Source: Blepharisma stoltei ATCC 30299
Taxonomy: Eukaryota > Protista > Ciliophora
NCBI GenBank assembly: GCA_965603825.1
Contig: CBFDEM010000060.1
Location: 186,001-250,000 of the forward strand
Reading direction: 5' to 3'
DNA length: 64,000 nt
Under the pieces are notes generated by a model, which had not been told where the DNA came from, made no database searches, and saw nothing but the letters and a program-made list of their open reading frames with translations. This document shows positions 60,816 to 64,000 of this stretch, in pieces (the first letter of the stretch is position 1; the number at the start of each line of letters is the position of its first letter). The position numbers and the translations under genes were made by a program.

Positions 60816-62081
60816 CTATTTATTGAGCCTGCTTCCAAAGAAGTCACCCGCACTGTCCCAACAATCACTTTTACGTAAAATTGGCATGACTTTATTTGTC
60901 GGTGACAAGCCCATATATCTTTGCTTTTTCAATGCATCTTCAGACTTTTGCCTGAGCTTAAGTTTCGGGTAATTTATCGTCACTCTTTTCGGAGAAATTT
61001 CAAATGAAGTTTTATCTGCTTGATTTCTCGTGTCACAATATGATTTTTCTTCAGCATTCACATAGCTTATTTGCTCTGAGTTCGTTTTTGAGTGCTTGAC
61101 TCTAGGAGCTATTAACGAGCTTTCACTGGACTTATTGTCCAAATTCTTATATTTCTCCATAGTCTTCGCCAGGTTATCACTTATCTGATTATTTAGCTGT
61201 TTTAGCTTGTTTTTCTGAATATTAAGATCTTCCATTAGGGACCCTTCTTCAACTGACTCATTTATTTCACTGAATTGCTCTTCTTTATTTTTTAAAATTT
61301 TTTCATGGACTGAATCATAGTGGAACGTTTGTATTGATTTATCATTTGGCACTTCGTCAATGTGGTCAAGCAGCTCATTGATAAAATTAAGAAGTTTTAG
61401 TAAAGCGTCGTCCCATTCTTGTCTATTCAGTAATTCGTTAAAATAGTGAGAGCAGGTCACGCTTTTTTTGAAAATTCTGTAGATTTCTCTGCTGCTATAC
61501 AATTTTCCCATCATTTTTTCGCCAGCATATAGCAAATCTGATGATATTTGACTTTTATAGTACTCATTGTCAATATAGTTGTGAGGACTTAATAGATTTT
61601 CATCAAAAATGTAAGACGATTTCTTTCGAGGCTTTTCGATATACTTATTTTCTTTCATAAGATCTAAAATCATCTCATCTTTTGATATCAGTTCTTTTTG
61701 AGTTTCTTCAAGTGCTAAATTTATTTTTTCTGTTTCTGCAATTCTCTTTTCTAGCTCTTTATTTTTTTCGATTTCGCTCATCAACAAATTGTAGTATTCC
61801 TTTGCTTTCGCAAACAGCTCCTGCTTTTTATCAAGGGTGTCTTTAAGAGCATCCTGCAAAGCTTTCTTTTCTAATTTCATCTTATCAATTACGGATTTGG
61901 CTTGCTTAAGATCACGCTTTAGGCTCTTCAAAATGCTCTATGTAGAATATACTTTATCAAGCTTTATGCCTTCTGAGTATTCTTTAGGTGATTTTTCTTC
62001 TTTTGCCAATCCCCCACTGTAAGAATCCCAGTCTATTAAGCTTGGCGAGTTGCTTTTATGTTTTAGAAATTTTTGAAACAT
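60816..62081 (-). CDS. Coiled-coil hypothetical protein, one intron
   Basis: ATG 62081, 43-codon exon joins ORF 60816..61931 after removing 61938-61952. Confidence 0.78.
61938..61952 (-). other. 15-nt intron
   Basis: GTATATTCTACATAG. Confidence 0.85.
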
Positions 62082-62100
62082 TTTGATTTTACAAATTTAT

Positions 62101-62499
62101 CTAATTATTTAAGATTCGGCTCATTAGATTTGCGTATTGGTTAACTTTCAGTCTTTTTTTAATTGAAAAATTATGCTCTCTTATGGGTTCGGTCATAGAA
62201 AAGCCACCTGCAGTTGGAGGTCTTGAAAAAATTCTGCCTTTTAAGCTTTGTGGAGCACTTTGCCTTACTAATTCTTTGGCATTATGGTTTTTTACTACTA
62301 TAAAGTTATTTTCAATAGAAAGCTTTGGCCTAGGCTCTATGTTAAAACATGGAATCTTCCTGAGTTTTTTTAAGGTAGGGAAGCTGAAATTTTGATCTCT
62401 GATCAACCCTGGGGACAAAACACTTGACCTTAGTGAACAAAATATTTTGCTTTGTGGTAAAATTGGGCTTGATCTTTCGATTCTCTGGTGCAATTTCAT
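62101..62499 (-). CDS. Hypothetical basic protein
   Basis: Intact 132-aa ORF, TAG stop. Confidence 0.65.
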   Translation of the reverse strand: MKLHQRIERSSPILPQSKIFCSLRSSVLSPGLIRDQNFSFPTLKKLRKIPCFNIEPRPKLSIENNFIVVKNHNAKELVRQSAPQSLKGRIFSRPPTAGGFSMTEPIREHNFSIKKRLKVNQYANLMSRILNN

Positions 62500-62707
62500 T
62501 ATTATTTACTGATTATGAAATTCAGTCTACAAGATCTATCTGATCAAAATAAAAAGAAAATAAGAAATAAGTTTTAAAAGAAATCCTAAATTGTTTCCAT
62601 AAATTAAAGCATTAAAATAATTCTTTGTTTTTAATTATAACTGCTTTATAAAAATACATTGTTTTATCGAATTAATATTAATCTAAAAATAAAGAATTTG
62701 TTAAGCA

Positions 62708-63031
62708 TTAGTGGGTCTTTGCAATCTTGGCTTTAGATTTTGCTTTTGCGATAACTGATTGCTTATTCGATATTTTTGGCATATCATCAATAAGTAAAGT
62801 ATCCAACGGGAGACTCTCGGGCAGCACAAAGTTCCTTATATTGTTCCCTCTAATTGTAAGATGGTCCATCAAAATTGGATTTTTCTTCTTAAGTGTGAGT
62901 TTTACTGTTTTTAAGTGAGTATTCATATTGATATCCACCCCAATCACAGTCCCTTGCACAATAGTCCCATTTTTCAGCTCAATAATCACAGTCTCTCCTA
63001 CAAGTTTCATGAGGAATCGCACAAGCTTCAT
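62708..63031 (-). CDS. SNRPD1: Small nuclear ribonucleoprotein Sm D1
   Basis: [50 protein letters not shown]. Confidence 0.95.
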   Translation of the reverse strand: MKLVRFLMKLVGETVIIELKNGTIVQGTVIGVDINMNTHLKTVKLTLKKKNPILMDHLTIRGNNIRNFVLPESLPLDTLLIDDMPKISNKQSVIAKAKSKAKIAKTH

Positions 63032-63076
63032 CTTTATTATAATTTAGCCTATTACCAATATTAGCCAATTCTTACT

Positions 63077-63412
63077 TTAAAATATTTGACAGGAGCAGCA
63101 CCATTTAGCGTCGCTGTGAGACTCAGGCTTTTCTATTGAAGTTTTGATTATGTGAACATGTATAGGTATAGGAACATCAGGACTTGGCGGAGAATAGTCT
63201 TTTAATTTCTGATTATCTTGCAGCTCTTTCCCCATACAAAAAAATCGCAAGCCGTCGATTTTTTCTCTAGAAATCTGGCCCTGAGGCCAGTGCTTTGCTA
63301 ATAAATCTTGCTTAACGCTTCTTATCTAAATATATTTTACAGTCAAGTCGTCAGTGAAAGAAGCTTCAAGTTTTTGAGAGGAATTAGGAAAGATAAAACA
63401 GACACTTGCCAT
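63077..63412 (-). CDS. Membrane-anchored ubiquitin-fold protein (MUB/UBL3-like, 106 aa), missed by ORF track
   Basis: T|IRSVKQ.L...WP, LRFFCMGKELQD, IHVHI, C-terminal CCSCQIF CAAX-like box; intron 63326-63340. Confidence 0.82.
63326..63340 (-). other. 15-nt intron
   Basis: GTAAAATATATTTAG. Confidence 0.85.
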
Positions 63413-63452
63413 TTATGTATGAAATTATGATTTAATATATCTATGATAGGTA

Positions 63453-64000
63453 TTAATTATCCCAGCTATCCCAATTCTTATCAGATCCTTGAGGGTTCAA
63501 GCCTCTTGGCTGCACTTCTTGGTATTGAGGTCTTTGCTGCGGCTGGCTGTAATTTCAGCTGCTTCCTTGATTTCCCCATGCATTTTCAGACTTAGCTGGG
63601 TAGCTTTGATATTCGTTTCTCCGAGTTGGGGTATAGGAACCTTGAGAGTATTGTGGATTTGCCTTTGTTTGGGAATTTGAGTAGGGATCTTCGTATCTGT
63701 TTGATTGAGAGCTGTAGCCTGTCGACAGTTCAAGGTATTCTCTTGAGCGAGAGTTGTAAAGACCTCTTGGGGGATCATCTCGCTTTAGAGGATTATAGCC
63801 CTCATCTCGTCTAGGCTCAGTTTGATATTGAGACTGCTGTTCATACCTTGGAACTTCTTTTCTTTCTGGTTCCCGGTATCCGTATTCTTCTGGACGACCA
63901 TAGCTTCCTTGTTCTCTTGATCTGTCAAAATTACTTACAGGCTCTTGAGCTGTCTTTGGATTGTAGTAATCTCTATTATACCCTCGGTTTTCAGTTTGAT
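63453..64000 (-). CDS. 3' end of a Y/Q/R/S-rich low-complexity protein (starts beyond window)
   Basis: Frame QTENRGYNRDYYNP..GSS[W]NYSQ..NWDSWDN is open from 63998 to TAA at 63453-63455. Confidence 0.7.

Noticed and set aside
63489-63814. Track ORFs near the right end as a retroelement fragment
   Set aside because: A different minus-strand frame is fully open as a low-complexity host protein tail; no RT or integrase motifs.
1-64000. Prokaryotic or organellar code-4 genome; CRISPR arrays; operons
   Set aside because: Genes are eukaryotic nuclear (MCM4, eIF2alpha, SmD1, 40S proteins) with spliceosomal introns; no repeat-spacer array seen.

Overview
Gene-dense, AT-rich eukaryotic nuclear DNA, most likely a heterotrich ciliate macronuclear chromosome of Blepharisma type (inference). 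Two signatures are directly visible. First, in-frame TGA sits at invariant Trp positions of many conserved proteins (14-3-3, Rh transporter, Cdc14, BEACH, RanBP2 zinc finger, Yip1, Kelch), while every reconstructed gene ends in TAA or TAG. Second, there are tiny 15-nt (one 16-nt) GT..AG introns with an A at position 10. The supplied standard-code ORF track therefore fragments or misses many genes, and I rebuilt about 45 CDS by hand. Housekeeping content: MCM4, 14-3-3, eIF4G-like, V-ATPase subunits e and f, eIF2alpha, kinases, Pth, P3A H+-ATPase, Rh transporter, RPS7, RPS20, ELF1, SINA, Cdc14-like, ELAPOR-like, Yip1, BEACH, SmD1, MUB, one 5S rRNA and one tRNA-Ile(AAT). Most interesting: (a) a domesticated prokaryote/virus-type pyrimidine-dimer glycosylase (DenV/MSMEG_6728-like) with an added C3H knuckle; (b) a hidden secreted 19-Cys protein resembling a prokaryotic cysteine-cluster domain; (c) a tandem triplication at 48-56 kb where an orphan small gene and its upstream region are conserved three times while the co-duplicated Kelch gene decays, one decayed copy carrying an ATTA-bounded ~365-bp insert; (d) several apparently catalytically dead enzyme folds. 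All family calls are from motif recognition, not database searches.
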